A stretch of 64,000 nt of DNA from Eledone cirrhosa (lineage: Eukaryota), in the NCBI GenBank assembly GCA_964016885.1, contig OZ024741.1, forward strand, positions 327,484,001-327,548,000, in the 5' to 3' direction. Below the pieces are notes generated by a model. That model was given only the letters and a program-made list of their open reading frames with translations, was not told where the DNA came from and did no database searches. Of this stretch, positions 40,273 through 53,409 are shown one piece after another; the stretch's first letter is position 1, and every line of letters begins with the position of its first letter. Both the position numbers and the translations under genes were made by a program.

Positions 40273-41695
40273 TACATAAACATATGTATACGTATGTACA
40301 CAGACACACACACATAAATAATAATAATGATAATAATATATATATATATAATTTCATTATTATTAGATAATTATTTATGTAATCATGTTTATCTGATGGC
40401 AGTTAATTCAGGCGAGGTAAGGCGTGTGAATTGGCAGACACTTTAGAAATGTTCTCATAATGGTTTGAGATATATATTTATACTCTCATACAATCTAAGT
40501 TCGATTTGTCTTTCAGCATCTCGGGCTGGTTAAATAATGTACAAGACCTGTAACACGATCTTTAATTCTTCTTTCAAAGGTCTTATTTTCCTTCTCCGCC
40601 TGTCTCCATGGAAGAAATGGGCAGTCGGCTGAGACACGAAGAGATCAAACTTCAGCCAAATTCTTTATACATCCAAATAAATTCGGAGACCTTATTAATG
40701 AAGCAAATATATAAACCTTTGAAAGTCTTTTTTAAATGCATGCTTTAGTGATTCTAACACGAAATCTAAACATGAGCTATTTCATGGGGACTGCACATAG
40801 TCCTAGGATTTCCATGAAATACTACTTCTACTACTACTACTACTACTTTGAGGTGACATGATAAAACCTTTTATCTCACACGTTCTAACATTATCTGTCT
40901 CAGGTCTTCATCGCAGTGTTTTGTATTTTTTTCAATGACTCTTTAATGCCTTGAGAAGTCTTCCGCCTTTGCGTTTCACATTAGTAAGCTCAAATAGTAA
41001 TAGTTTTGTGGCATGTTCTCTGCCTCAAAGGACATAAACTGCAAGTTGAAGAAACTTGACAAGGGATGGGAGGTTGCTGCAGAAAATGTTGTTTGTAACA
41101 CAAGCAAAGCGTTTGATGCTTTTTCTTCTTCTCAGCATTCCTGTGTAGTAACCATCTAAAGCGTTGGTGTTACATGAAATAACAACCATATTTCCATGAA
41201 ATAATCCTGTCTTAAAAAGGAAATGCTATGTTAAGTAATACATGTTATTGCTTATTTATTAAGATGATCAACCCGTAACAATTTTCAAGGAAGTATTTTT
41301 AAAATCAGCAAACTTGGGCAAAAACTTGCGACTCAGTGGACTCCTAGGCAGTTATAAGATGGTGATGAAACGTGCGGTGGATCATGTATATTGTCCAATA
41401 AGAGTATATATATATTTTTAAAGAATAGGTGGAAGGATAACTTATAGTAGCCAATTACAAGTTAGTAGGTAGTGAGAATTTTATAGGTAGATGTGAACTA
41501 AGCACACGTTTCGTAAGACAGAGAATGTAAACAAGTTAAAAATGTTTGTCTTCGGTGCATTTCGCAAAGAAATGACTGGGATTTAACATTTTATGTTTAT
41601 TCATAGTATTATATATTAACAGATAAATATATATATATATAATTAAATCATCTACACCAATATATATACATATGCTCTCACTCTCTCTCTCTCTC

Positions 41696-41777
<82 letters not shown>

Positions 41778-41904
41778 GTTTATGTTGGTGGGTTGTATAC
41801 CAACACCTAAGTATGCAGGCTGGAGCACTCCACGAAGTGCGCAGGTTGGTTTGGTTACTCCGGATTAGTGTAAAATAAAGTTAAATAAAAGTCAAATGTA
41901 TATA

Positions 41905-42371
41905 TATTGTTATACTTAGGGAGGGTCATATTGTTGTAATAATATTGCCAGAATTAATAACAGAACAAACTCACTGTTTGGTTGGTTTTCGCTTCTGTAT
42001 CTTTTATATCAGTTAATTTACTCGGTCCTCAGTGTTTACCATTGACTGACCAACGGTCAAAAATACAGATATAATATAGACACAAACACATATATATAGT
42101 CTAACAAACTTCTTTCGTTGCACATCTGCAACATCGTCAGTGGTGCTTTATGTTTCCTCCTGTTGTATTGTATGTCTACACCATCTTTATTTAATCTGTT
42201 TATTTATTTATTTATTTATTTTTGTCTTCTTCTCTGCGCATGCGTTTGCGTGTGTGTATAGTGTTTGATATGTGCTCGTGTTTGGGTGACTGGGTTTTGG
42301 TTATTGTATTCTGTCTTAGTTTACTAGTGTGTGTTTATATGTGTTTGTTTTTATTGTGCTTGTGTATGTAT

Positions 42372-42406
<35 letters not shown>

Positions 42407-42525
42407 TATTCCTCTTAGGTCAGTATTGTTTGTTTGGGTGTTGTTGTTATTCCATTCATTTTTATTTTCTGTTTAGCTTTGGCCTTCTAAGTTCTATTTC
42501 GCTATTTTAAATTCTGTTTTCGTTT
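41905..42525 (-). mobile_element. Solo pLTR / 3' end related to the PLE at 66-1468, with degenerate HHR at 42103-42146
   Basis: Shared terminus ttgttatactt.ggagggtcat; acca CTGACGA t-gttgca-gatg-tgcaac GAAA gaag TT tg. Confidence 0.65.
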
Positions 42526-42660
42526 TTATATATATATATATAACAGAAAACTGTTATATATATATATATATATATTAGCAATTGGAAAGACCAATGGAAA
42601 CACTGTTTCCTCGGTCCGATTTGACAAAAAAAAGTCGATCGCCTGTCGATATATATATAT

Positions 42661-43437
42661 ATATCGAGTTCAATCGGGGGTATACACAGTAAGTAAGGGT
42701 CTCAATACATAGTAGAGTATATACAATATTTTATATAGAAATTGCTTTTACAGGTCTAGCACAGTTTCCTTCAAATGAAACAATTCCAGTCATGTAGGAC
42801 CCATTTCTATGTCATAATATTATATATATCTTCTTAGTCTTAGATTCTTCCGCGCCGTTCGGCGCATCGAGCAGTAAGTACTCGTCAACGGTCACGATCA
42901 GCGGCAACTTTTTCGAGACCGTGCCAGGTGATGCTGGCTGCCATCAATCCTTCCGGAACGTTCGTCGCCAGGTGATCCTTGGGCAACTCCGCCTCCGTTT
43001 ACCGCCAGGCGGAGTCCATTTCATCGCTGTCTTCGAATGCCGTTCATTTGGCATACGCAGAATATGGCCAGCCAGACGGCACCGACGCTCCGTGACCACT
43101 CTCTGTGGCGTCCACGACTCGGCTCTCCGCAGGATCTCCTCGTTTCGGACTCGGTCGCGTCAGGACACACGAAGGATCTTTCGCAGGCACAGCTGGTGGA
43201 AAGCGTTCATCCGTCTCTCTATTTTTGCCGTACTCTTCCAGGTCTCGCTCGCATAAAGCACTGTCGTATATAAATATATACTGAGTTCAATCGGGGGTAT
43301 ATGTAAGGTACTCAATACATAGTAGAGTATATACAATATTTTATATAGAAATGGCTTTTACAGGACTAGAACAGTTTCTTTCAAATGAAACAATTCTGGT
43401 CATGTAAGAGCCATTTCTATATCATAATGTTATTTAT
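42661..43437. repeat. Diverged ~165-bp direct repeats (42661-42828, 43278-43437) flanking an RTE fragment
   Basis: gagttcaatcgggggtata...ccatttctat.tcataat on both sides. Confidence 0.8.
42830..43268 (-). mobile_element. RTE-clade LINE 3' fragment
   Basis: Minus frame VLYASETWKST..ERRMNAFHQLCLRKIL..RDRVRNEEILRRA..RLAGHILRMP..AMKWTPPGGKRRR..PRITWRRT; short (CTAAGA)n tail. Confidence 0.85.
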
Positions 43438-43453
43438 ATATATACATACATAC

Positions 43454-43495
<42 letters not shown>

Positions 43496-44435
43496 CAATA
43501 GAACTAAGATGGCGTCAAGAAGATAAGAGGTGTATATGAAAGCATATATTAAATGTTTATCTACACTAAACATATGCAAACATCGTTACGAAAGAATAAA
43601 TATGTATATACACGCACATACATATATATATATATATATATGTGTGTTTGTGTGTGTGTGCGCGCTAGTCTATCTAATGGGTAGATCTGGGTACTCCGAT
43701 TAGCAAACCGTGATGCAATATATATATATATGTATATACTTATACACATATATACATATGTGTGTGTGTGTGTGTGTATGTGTGTAACTTAATGATACTT
43801 AAAACAGTTTTCCATATGAATATAAGGATTGCCCTATGCACTTCGCTCATTCTTCTAACATTCAATTCTCTACTAACAAACTAACAATCAGAAGCCACGT
43901 AAATCTTTTGTCTAGTTAGAATTGTCTACATCATAATGGAGTTACTAAAACTGTCTATATGATCACCGAATGCGATAAAGCTTTTAATTCTTTTTATGAT
44001 ATTGTCGCTGTGTATCCTGGAAGTTAATTTTAATGTCTGTTTGTTTTGCGTCCATATTTATTTAACTTTGTGGAATTAGATACTGTTGTTAGTTTTATTT
44101 ATGTAAAAAACACCGTGTCTGAAAGTGTCTGTGATTCTCTCATAAAAGTGTCTTGTTGAGTCGACAAAAACAAACAGAATTCTAGTGTTTGTATTAATGA
44201 GTTTATGTCTGAGTGAATATTTCGGAAATATACGGGCAAAGTTACACATTATACCTATTTTTCCAGGCTTTACACATTTCCCAGACTTTACACATTCTTC
44301 AGTCTTTTATATATATATACATGTGTCTATCATCACCAAGTTATTGATTGAGCAAACTGATATTGTTAAACTAATGTCATTAGGAAAACGTATATATATA
44401 TAGTGCAAATTTGGACGGGAACAAAAGAGAGAGGC

Positions 44436-44466
<31 letters not shown>

Positions 44467-45165
44467 CATACACACACACACATATATATAAATACACACA
44501 TACACACACACACACATATATATATATATATGGGGGTGTATATATATGTATGTCTATGTGTTTTTATCTGTCTATATAGACATATATGTATGAATATATA
44601 AGAGTGTGTGTGTTTGTGTTTGTGTCTGTGTGGGCGTGCATTTGTGTTTCAATTTGTCTTACTGTATGTGCATTCATATGTGTGTACGTGTGAATTTTGC
44701 GAGAAAGTGCTGCTTGTCATTAGCCGAGCGACTTTTCCCATCCGAAGGCAGATCTTGATAAAACAAAACAGACGCGAATTTTGATTGAATTACATACTTT
44801 ACTGCGCTGAGATATGATTCCTACTTTAAAGATGTATTCCATTTCTCCTTAACACAAATGTACTCTCCTTGCATTATATAGTTGCCTTCACCGTTGATTC
44901 GATATTGAATGTAATTAACTACAGAATCATTAGATCTTTAAACGAGAATCATTGGATTCATTCTTAACAGCCTTGGTGAATATCTACTTGATATCAACGG
45001 AGTTTGTTTCTAGATGTTGCTTCATAATAAAGTGATTTCCTCTCATCTTGTGATGTATATCCTGATTATATATATTCTCTATGTTTGTATAATGTTCGTG
45101 CTAGCTTTGCATGGTTAATTGGATCAATTGTTATGGTGTTGAATAGTGGATATCCTTTATATATA

Positions 45166-45355
45166 CGAGAGTTGGCTGAAAGTTCATAAGATGACTATGA
45201 AAAATCGATGCTAGGACTGTGAAATCTCGCATGAATTATTTCAACTTTCCTTATTAAGGACTTCATTGTTTCTTTCTAGGGACGATGTTGAAAAATGAAC
45301 CTTATTTAGTTATCCCATGAGAATGTCAGCGTAAGAACATTTCAGCCGACACTCG
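45166..45355. mobile_element. Tc1/mariner-type MITE with TA target duplication
   Basis: TA-cgagagttggctgaaagttcataagatgac ... gtcagcgtaagaacatttcagccgacactcg-TA. Confidence 0.75.
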
Positions 45356-46114
45356 TATCTGTAGGCGATGGGTGGATATTTTACAAAGTCATTTGAGCGT
45401 CGGATAGAATGAAATTCAGTGTATATTTTCCCCCACTTTCTATGCTCTGAGTTCGAAATCCATCAAGATCAAATTTGCCTTTCTTTCTTTTCATAAATCT
45501 ATAAGTTATGTAGCAAAGCAAAACTGACAAAGGAGCTGTGTGTTGTTAGGTGGCACATGTAACGGGTGTCGCAGGCTGCTCTCCGTCGGAAGACATTCAC
45601 CATCACATCCGTGCGGTGCAGCTGAAATATACCCGGTAGAGAATGATGTAGATTCTGTCCCATCGATCTCACTCTCATTAATTTTATTGTTTCTATATTG
45701 TTATGTTTTTACTCAAAAATTTACATGTGTACGTGTTATTGCCTGTGTGTTTATATGTGCTCAAGCCACATTTGAACGTCCAAGCCATATGCAAGGTGCA
45801 CTCCGTCGTGTGGGCTATGTATTGATGAACGAATAATTATTCTAAAGAGATTACGCAATAGTGATTGCCTAAACACGAGAAATTAATTCTTCATACGTTG
45901 TCCATACGTCTGGAAACACCTCTTACACAACTACAAATCTCCGGATTGAATTACAACATCCTAATTTTCTTATCAACTAGAAACTTTCGGACTTTGGCAG
46001 GTATCTCCCTTACACCTCTCGCACGCAATTTAGTATTGCCTGTGTGAAGTGATAGTTTCTGCGCATGCGCGTTCGTACGGTTGTCCTTCCTGTTCCGTAT
46101 AAACATGTCCATTA

Positions 46115-46152
46115 CGAGCTGAGGATCCACTAAGGTTAAACAATTGTTCTCG
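46115..46152 (+). ncRNA. Minimal hammerhead ribozyme, G12U mutated, at the end of a non-coding element (about 45860-46186)
   Basis: cgag CTGAGGA t-cc-actaa-gg-t TAAA caattg TT ctcg. Confidence 0.55.
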
Positions 46153-46187
46153 GTATGGTGAACTAACTGTTGTGTAACCACTTCTAT

Positions 46188-46312
<125 letters not shown>

Positions 46313-46679
46313 ATAATAAATTTGAAGACTAAATTCCAAAGAGGGCTCGAAAAGGATAAATATATATCAAATATATAAGAACCGTAGAGCAAATATTTAA
46401 ATATTTAAATACAAATGGAAGTACAGCATAAACGAAGCTCTGGCCGCAGCTAAGCTAACGATGCAATCGGAATGTGCAGATAAGCACACAATAAGGTATT
46501 TTAGCTTAGAGTTATAACATTACGTTTAGACAGCTTTGCAAATTGAAGACAGCGACTGGTAAGACAGCCGCGGGGACCAAAGCAACGAAAAAACTGACTC
46601 AGGAAAATATGACAAACCTTAACCTCGGTTTTGACGTCAAAATTCAAAATTTGAACAAAGGAAAACATAAAGCTCTGGA

Positions 46680-46820
46680 ATAGTTACGTCCCTTTACGGT
46701 CTGAGTTCAAATCCCGCCGAGGTTCATTTTGCCTTTCATCCTTATAGGGTCGATAAAATAAAGTACCAGTAATATACTGAGTAATTGCTGGCCTTGTGCC
46801 AAAAGTAGAAACAATTATTA
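46680..46820 (+). mobile_element. tRNA-derived SINE, partial
   Basis: ctgagttcaaatcccgccgaggtt..tttgcctttcatcctt...gtagaaacaattatt. Confidence 0.85.
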
Positions 46821-46932
46821 AACAAACATAAACAATTAACCAATCATTAGAATTGTCTAATTAAATTAATCAAAAAGTCTAGGAGATAATAATACAAATG
46901 GAACTACAGCATAATCGAGGCTCTCGCCGCAG

Positions 46933-46973
<41 letters not shown>

Positions 46974-47064
46974 CGAAGGAAATGTGGTAAGGAACCAGGT
47001 GGACCATAACGCACCAAAGTACTCAATACTTGAGGTAGTAGAGTGGGTAATAGGAACCAGTAAG

Positions 47065-47158
47065 ACCCCGACAGCTGAGCTCAAGCCGTTTCGACGGCTA
47101 ATTCTGGACTAAATGAACATTTATCCTGGTATTTAAATAGCCGATCTTCTCAAGGGGT
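47065..47158 (-). ncRNA. Hammerhead ribozyme with U3:A8 core
   Basis: Mirror of 51206-51299. Confidence 0.75.
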
Positions 47159-48256
47159 AATTCCATATATGGTCAAAGTGATTGTCAAAAATCAGTAGTA
47201 ATTCTGTGGTTGCAAATTAGTAGGGGAGATGGTGGCTAAACCTGCCAGTAGGAGAAAGAGGGGAGGGGGTGGAGTAGACCCAATCAAGCGTTGGTAGTGC
47301 CAGCTACAGCTGGGCATGAGGTCAAAGAAGATACAGGGGAGGGGGAGGGGGAGGAAGTCGGAACGGTAGGTAGAACAATGGGGGGTAAAAATAGGAAAGA
47401 AAAAATACTGAGAGTGAAGAAAAGCAAATAAGTGTAAAGAAAAAATTAAATTCTACGACCTAGGTGTCAGGCTATTGTTAGGCGAGAATAAAATAAAGAA
47501 AGAAAGAAAGAAGTAAATAAATAAATAAATAAATAAATAAGGAAATAAGTAAAAGAACTAGGTGGGACGAATTAGGCAAGGACCCTTTTAAGAGGTATAA
47601 GTACGTAAATGATACGGTGACTGGTCAACAAAAGGGGCCAAAATACTAAAGAGACTACCACGAAATAAACAATAAAGGTTTCCATCCCGGGCCAGCAACG
47701 ACCCAGTGCAGCAAAGTGAACTTGTACGACATAATAATTCTGAGTCCCGGGAAAAATATATACTAATGCTAACTCTAAAAGATCTAAAACAAGCTACATG
47801 AAAGTTCGTACGAAATAAAGGTAGAATACGGAGAAATAAGTTCAGAATCCACCCCGCCCAGAAGAAAAGCGAAGCAAGAGATACTGAAACGAAAAAATAA
47901 GGCATAAGTGCCACTAAGAAATATAGAGGGCACAGAGAATAGTGGGAGCGGTCGGAAAAGGGGGGCAAGTATCCGGGGTCTAAGCCAACTGCTATAAAGG
48001 GCGGAGTCCGCCAAATCTATCAAAGACTAGGGGAGGGGGGAGTGGGGGTACTAAGGCTACATGGGGCCAAAGGGCAGCCTCGGGTGGGCGAGAAAAGACG
48101 CCGACAAAGGAGAAGAGCTGGGGTAGAAGGACAAAGGAGAGAGGGGGGAAGGAAATAAAGGATGCGATAAAAGAATACAAAGAAGATCTTACGTCTTCCT
48201 TGGCAAGCAGGGGTTACCCATTGCAAAATCGGCAACTGGGGTGTTATAGCCCTAGT

Positions 48257-49183
48257 CTACCCCCCCGGGTCATTATGGGGTTTGAGGGCGAGGTAAGTCC
48301 TACGCAATCTATGTTTACATGCAGTAACCAGTTCATCTTTCTTGTTTAGGAGTTGGTCCGTCGAAAACAGCATTTGTAAAGTTTCCTCCGAGCATAAATT
48401 GCACGGACGGCGTCCTCCCGTGTAAGAATTGGCTCTGGACAGTAATCTCCAAGTGAGATCATAGGTGATGTTGTTGTCCTTGAGGTCCCATATGTGGCCC
48501 GAAAGTGTAGTGGCGTGACGCCGGGCCGGGTTTCGGAAGGTATGTCTATGTTGGTATAGCCGGGTCTTGAAGTCACATGCGGTAAGTCCTATATAGGCTT
48601 TGTTGGAGGTATCCGTCCTCACGTTGCACTGGTAGATCACATTACGGTCTCTGCATCTATTGTCGAGTGGGCAAATAGATCTATCCGGGCAGTTACACCT
48701 CCTGGTCGGTTCTCCACTGCTATTTAGGTTATTTCTGCCATCGGGGTTGAGTTTTTTGTTGTTAGAGGAGACGATGTTTTGTGCGAAGTTTGGTGTAGTG
48801 CTGTAAGAGAGTTTGATGGTATTTTTGTTAATTATGTTGTGGTAGCGGTGTTGTAATGGGAAGTGTTTTTCAATGAGCCTAAAGAATAGTTTCCCGATGG
48901 GAGTAGTCACCTCTGCGTTGTGGGGAGGATTGAACCATGTTACATTGCGTGAGCGGCGGTGTCTCCTGCTGGTTCCGCTAATGGGATCTGGACAGTAGGA
49001 TATTTCCTCCCGGAAACCACTCCGCTTGAGGGCCTGGTTGTAATAAGGCGCATGTTCATCGAATATCCGCTCATTAGCTGACAAACGGGATATGCGGAGG
49101 GAGATGTTTTTGACCAGGTTGTTTGTGATGTTCCTAGGATGGTTTGATCGGCGGTGGATGTAGTGCAGATTGTCATTAGGTTT
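48257..49183 (-). pseudogene. C-terminal part of PLE ORF (thumb, Zn knuckle, GIY-YIG), 5'-truncated
   Basis: KPNDNLHYIHRRSNHP, VTWFNPP, CNCPDRSICPLDNRC, VIYQC..AYIGLT..FKTR..H, CNLC, CKHR; the predicted start is a palindrome artefact. Confidence 0.9.
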
Positions 49184-50107
49184 CCTAATGACAATCTGCA
49201 CTACATCCACCGCCGATCAAACCATCCTAGGAACATCACAAACAACCTGGTCAAAAACATCTCCCTCCGCATATCCCGTTTGTCAGCTAATGAGCGGATA
49301 TTCGATGAACATGCGCCTTATTACAACCAGGCCCTCAAGCGGAGTGGTTTCCGGGAGGAAATATCCTACTGTCCAGATCCCATTAGCGGAACCAGCAGGA
49401 GACACCGCCGCTCACGCAATGTAACATGGTTCAATCCTCCCCACAACGCAGAGGTGACTACTCCCATCGGGAAACTATTCTTTAGGCTCATTGAAAAACA
49501 CTTCCCATTACAACACCGCTACCACAACATAATTAACAAAAATACCATCAAACTCTCTTACAGCACTACACCAAACTTCGCACAAAACATCGTCTCCTCT
49601 AACAACAAAAAACTCAACCCCGATGGCAGAAATAACCTAAATAGCAGTGGAGAACCGACCAGGAGGTGTAACTGCCCGGATAGATCTATTTGCCCACTCG
49701 ACAATAGATGCAGAGACCGTAATGTGATCTACCAGTGCAACGTGAGGACGGATACCTCCAACAAAGCCTATATAGGACTTACCGCATGTGACTTCAAGAC
49801 CCGGCTATACCAACATAGACATACCTTCCGAAACCCGGCCCGGCGTCACGCCACTACACTTTCGGGCCACATATGGGACCTCAAGGACAACAACATCACC
49901 TATGATCTCACTTGGAGATTACTGTCCAGAGCCAATTCTTACACGGGAGGACGCCGTCCGTGCAATTTATGCTCGGAGGAAACTTTACAAATGCTGTTTT
50001 CGACGGACCAACTCCTAAACAAGAAAGATGAACTGGTTACTGCATGTAAACATAGATTGCGTAGGACTTACCTCGCCCTCAAACCCCATAATGACCCGGG
50101 GGGGTAG
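49184..50107 (+). pseudogene. Mirror copy of the truncated PLE ORF
   Basis: Same translation as 48257-49183. Confidence 0.9.
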
Positions 50108-51205
50108 ACTAGGGCTATAACACCCCAGTTGCCGATTTTGCAATGGGTAACCCCTGCTTGCCAAGGAAGACGTAAGATCTTCTTTGTATTCTTTTATCGC
50201 ATCCTTTATTTCCTTCCCCCCTCTCTCCTTTGTCCTTCTACCCCAGCTCTTCTCCTTTGTCGGCGTCTTTTCTCGCCCACCCGAGGCTGCCCTTTGGCCC
50301 CATGTAGCCTTAGTACCCCCACTCCCCCCTCCCCTAGTCTTTGATAGATTTGGCGGACTCCGCCCTTTATAGCAGTTGGCTTAGACCCCGGATACTTGCC
50401 CCCCTTTTCCGACCGCTCCCACTATTCTCTGTGCCCTCTATATTTCTTAGTGGCACTTATGCCTTATTTTTTCGTTTCAGTATCTCTTGCTTCGCTTTTC
50501 TTCTGGGCGGGGTGGATTCTGAACTTATTTCTCCGTATTCTACCTTTATTTCGTACGAACTTTCATGTAGCTTGTTTTAGATCTTTTAGAGTTAACATTA
50601 GTATATATTTTTCCCGGGACTCAGAATTATTATGTCGTACAAGTTCACTTTGCTGCACTGGGTCGTTGCTGGCCCGGGATGGAAACCTTTATTGTTTATT
50701 TCGTGGTAGTCTCTTTAGTATTTTGGCCCCTTTTGTTGACCAGTCACCGTATCATTTACGTACTTATACCTCTTAAAAGGGTCCTTGCCTAATTCGTCCC
50801 ACCTAGTTCTTTTACTTATTTCCTTATTTATTTATTTATTTATTTATTTACTTCTTTCTTTCTTTCTTTATTTTATTCTCGCCTAACAATAGCCTGACAC
50901 CTAGGTCGTAGAATTTAATTTTTTCTTTACACTTATTTGCTTTTCTTCACTCTCAGTATTTTTTCTTTCCTATTTTTACCCCCCATTGTTCTACCTACCG
51001 TTCCGACTTCCTCCCCCTCCCCCTCCCCTGTATCTTCTTTGACCTCATGCCCAGCTGTAGCTGGCACTACCAACGCTTGATTGGGTCTACTCCACCCCCT
51101 CCCCTCTTTCTCCTACTGGCAGGTTTAGCCACCATCTCCCCTACTAATTTGCAACCACAGAATTACTACTGATTTTTGACAATCACTTTGACCATATATG
51201 GAATT

Positions 51206-51299
51206 ACCCCTTGAGAAGATCGGCTATTTAAATACCAGGATAAATGTTCATTTAGTCCAGAATTAGCCGTCGAAACGGCTTGAGCTCAGCTGTCGGGGT
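51206..51299 (+). ncRNA. Hammerhead ribozyme with U3:A8 core
   Basis: acccc TTGAGAA ga(t)cggcta...tagccgtc GAAA cggct-tgagctc-agctg TC ggggt. Confidence 0.75.
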
Positions 51300-51309
51300 C
51301 TTACTGGTT

Positions 51310-51387
<78 letters not shown>

Positions 51388-51433
51388 CATATATATATTC
51401 ATATATATATAATAAACAGCACAGAATAATTAG

Positions 51434-51500
51434 CTCATTACCCGAGGTTTCCCGGACAGGACAAACACAAGAGACATCCGAATTCGTTCGTCAGATAAGG
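51434..51500 (-). ncRNA. Hammerhead ribozyme, canonical core
   Basis: cttat CTGACGA acgaattcggatg...tgtcctgtccgg GAAA cctcggg TA atgag. Confidence 0.75.
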
Positions 51501-52068
51501 CAATATAACATGTATGTTATTGTTAACTTCGTATACATTTTTAGATTTATCGGAGAAAAGGAACTTATTTTTAGAAGATTTAAATTTAGAAATATCGTTA
51601 GAGAGTTTAGATTGAAAAATGTTATAGTACTTACGGAATTTGATTTGGTTAATTAAATTAACTAAGTCTAGTTCAAAAGCGGTCATGTCTTTTACCCGTT
51701 GTGGGTATTTATGTATGTGTCTGTGTGCGTGCGTCCTTTTACGTTTGTATGTGTATATATATCAGGCCTTAGTCTTTGCGTCTGCATGTACGCAAACTTC
51801 ATTATTTTACAATTTCTATTTTTGACATATATATATGTGTGTATTTGGTCACACATACACCAATATATTTGCCCTCATGTATGTCCTTACGCATACATAT
51901 TTTCACTATACACATGCAGTTGCACATATACACACATGTACATATGTACATATGTATGTACATATACACACATCCGCATATATATGTACATATACACACA
52001 TCATCTCACTATATTTCTTTATTTTTATTTGTTATATATTTTTTGTCTTATCACTTTTATTTATATTT

Positions 52069-52136
52069 CCTTATCTGACGAACGAATGCGGATGTCTCTT
52101 CTTTTCGTCCTGTTCGGGAAACCTCGGGTAATGAGG
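52069..52136 (+). ncRNA. Hammerhead ribozyme, canonical core
   Basis: ccttat CTGACGA a-cgaatgcggatg...cgtcctgttcg-g GAAA cc-tcg-gg TA atgagg. Confidence 0.85.
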
Positions 52137-52248
52137 TAATTATCCAGAGTTTTTTGTTATACATTAAATATTTAGCTCTGTTACTTACACGGAGCACTCT
52201 TCATTCCTTTTACTTTTCCCACGGAAACTTCAACACTTATGTATTATA

Positions 52249-52335
<87 letters not shown>

Positions 52336-52386
52336 TTATACATATGATGTATATATATACATACATATATATATATATATATATAC

Positions 52387-52708
52387 GGAAAAAATGAAAC
52401 GAAATTTCATTTCCCACTCTTATTACGGCTGTTACTTAAATATGAGTATGTACACCTACAAACATATATGTATACAGACGTACAGTAGTATGTATATATA
52501 TATACATACATGCACACATATATATGTGTACGTATGGATTCACCTAACATTTATTATAATACTCGGTGTGTTTGTAAACAAACATCCCGTATTAAGCCAT
52601 AGTGTCCAGCAACCATCGTTGCTCGTTTGTTCAACACTGGCAAAGTAACGCTGTACTAGTTTCAAGCTTATTAGCTATCGTCAGCAACGTATACCTTCCT
52701 GCCAGATT
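52387..52708 (-). mobile_element. Diverged family A copy with HHR at 52649-52689
   Basis: Aligns to 17508-17830; CTGACGA tagctaataagctt GAAA ctag TA preserved while flanks diverge. Confidence 0.8.
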
Positions 52709-52729
52709 ATATATATATATATATATAAA

Positions 52730-53055
52730 GGGTGGTGTATTGGCAGTATCGGTAGAGGGTCAGACACCATGCTTTCCAGCATAGTTACGTCCCTTTACGA
52801 TCTGAGTTCAAATCCCGCCGAGGTTAACTTTGCTTTCATCCTTACGGGGTCGATAAAATAAAGTACCAGTAATGCACTGGGTATTTGCTGGCCTTGTGCT
52901 TAAAGTAGAAACAATTATATTTCTTCGCTTGCCATTCTGAATTCAAATCCCGCCGAGGTTAACTTTGCCTTTCATCCTTACGGGGTCGATAATATAAAGT
53001 ACCAGTAATGCACTGGTGATTTGCTGGCCTTGTCCCTAACGTAGAAACAATTTTA
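52730..53055 (+). mobile_element. Two tandem tRNA-derived SINE copies
   Basis: A box tggcagtatcggtag, B box gagttcaaatcccgcc, duplicated 3' body. Confidence 0.88.
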
Positions 53056-53409
53056 TTTCTTCGCTATAATATGATTGAAAAAATGGCCACTGTTATATAG
53101 AATTATAAATATAGCGATCTTATCTATCAATCAAATGTATATTTTATTGCATTTGGCTTGTAGCCAATTATATCTAATATTTAACTTGATCTATACTACA
53201 GCTGAAGGACTACAACAGTCGACTAAATGCCAACAACTATTTTCAGGCATTTCGCATAATCCTGTGAATAATTCTTAAAACAATCGACATAATCTACACT
53301 TGTTTTCATATCGCGTTGATCAAATATTTCGTAGTTTTTACGAGGTATAATGGCATCCCTGGAGGATAGAATTATGCGGGCAGAGTTAGGCATTCATTCT
53401 CAGACTGTA

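Larger units (their letters stand above)
46972..51314. mobile_element. Palindromic head-to-head pair of a 5'-truncated PLE (family F)
   Basis: Arms 47050-49180 and 49184-51314 around a 3-nt TTT loop; each arm carries the ORF 3' end, 3'UTR and HHR; left arm has about 78 extra nt; both ends in (TA)n. Confidence 0.95.
51412..52240. mobile_element. Compact rearranged PLE derivative (family G): inverted HHR termini around a PLE N-terminal fragment
   Basis: 51428-51500 inverted at 52069-52142; minus-strand 51510-51710 reads [33 protein letters not shown] (PLE N-terminus). Confidence 0.75.

Noticed and set aside
49154-49210. Start codons of the two 317-aa ORFs
   Set aside because: The N-terminal residues come from reading through the palindrome centre; the ORFs are 5'-truncated fragments
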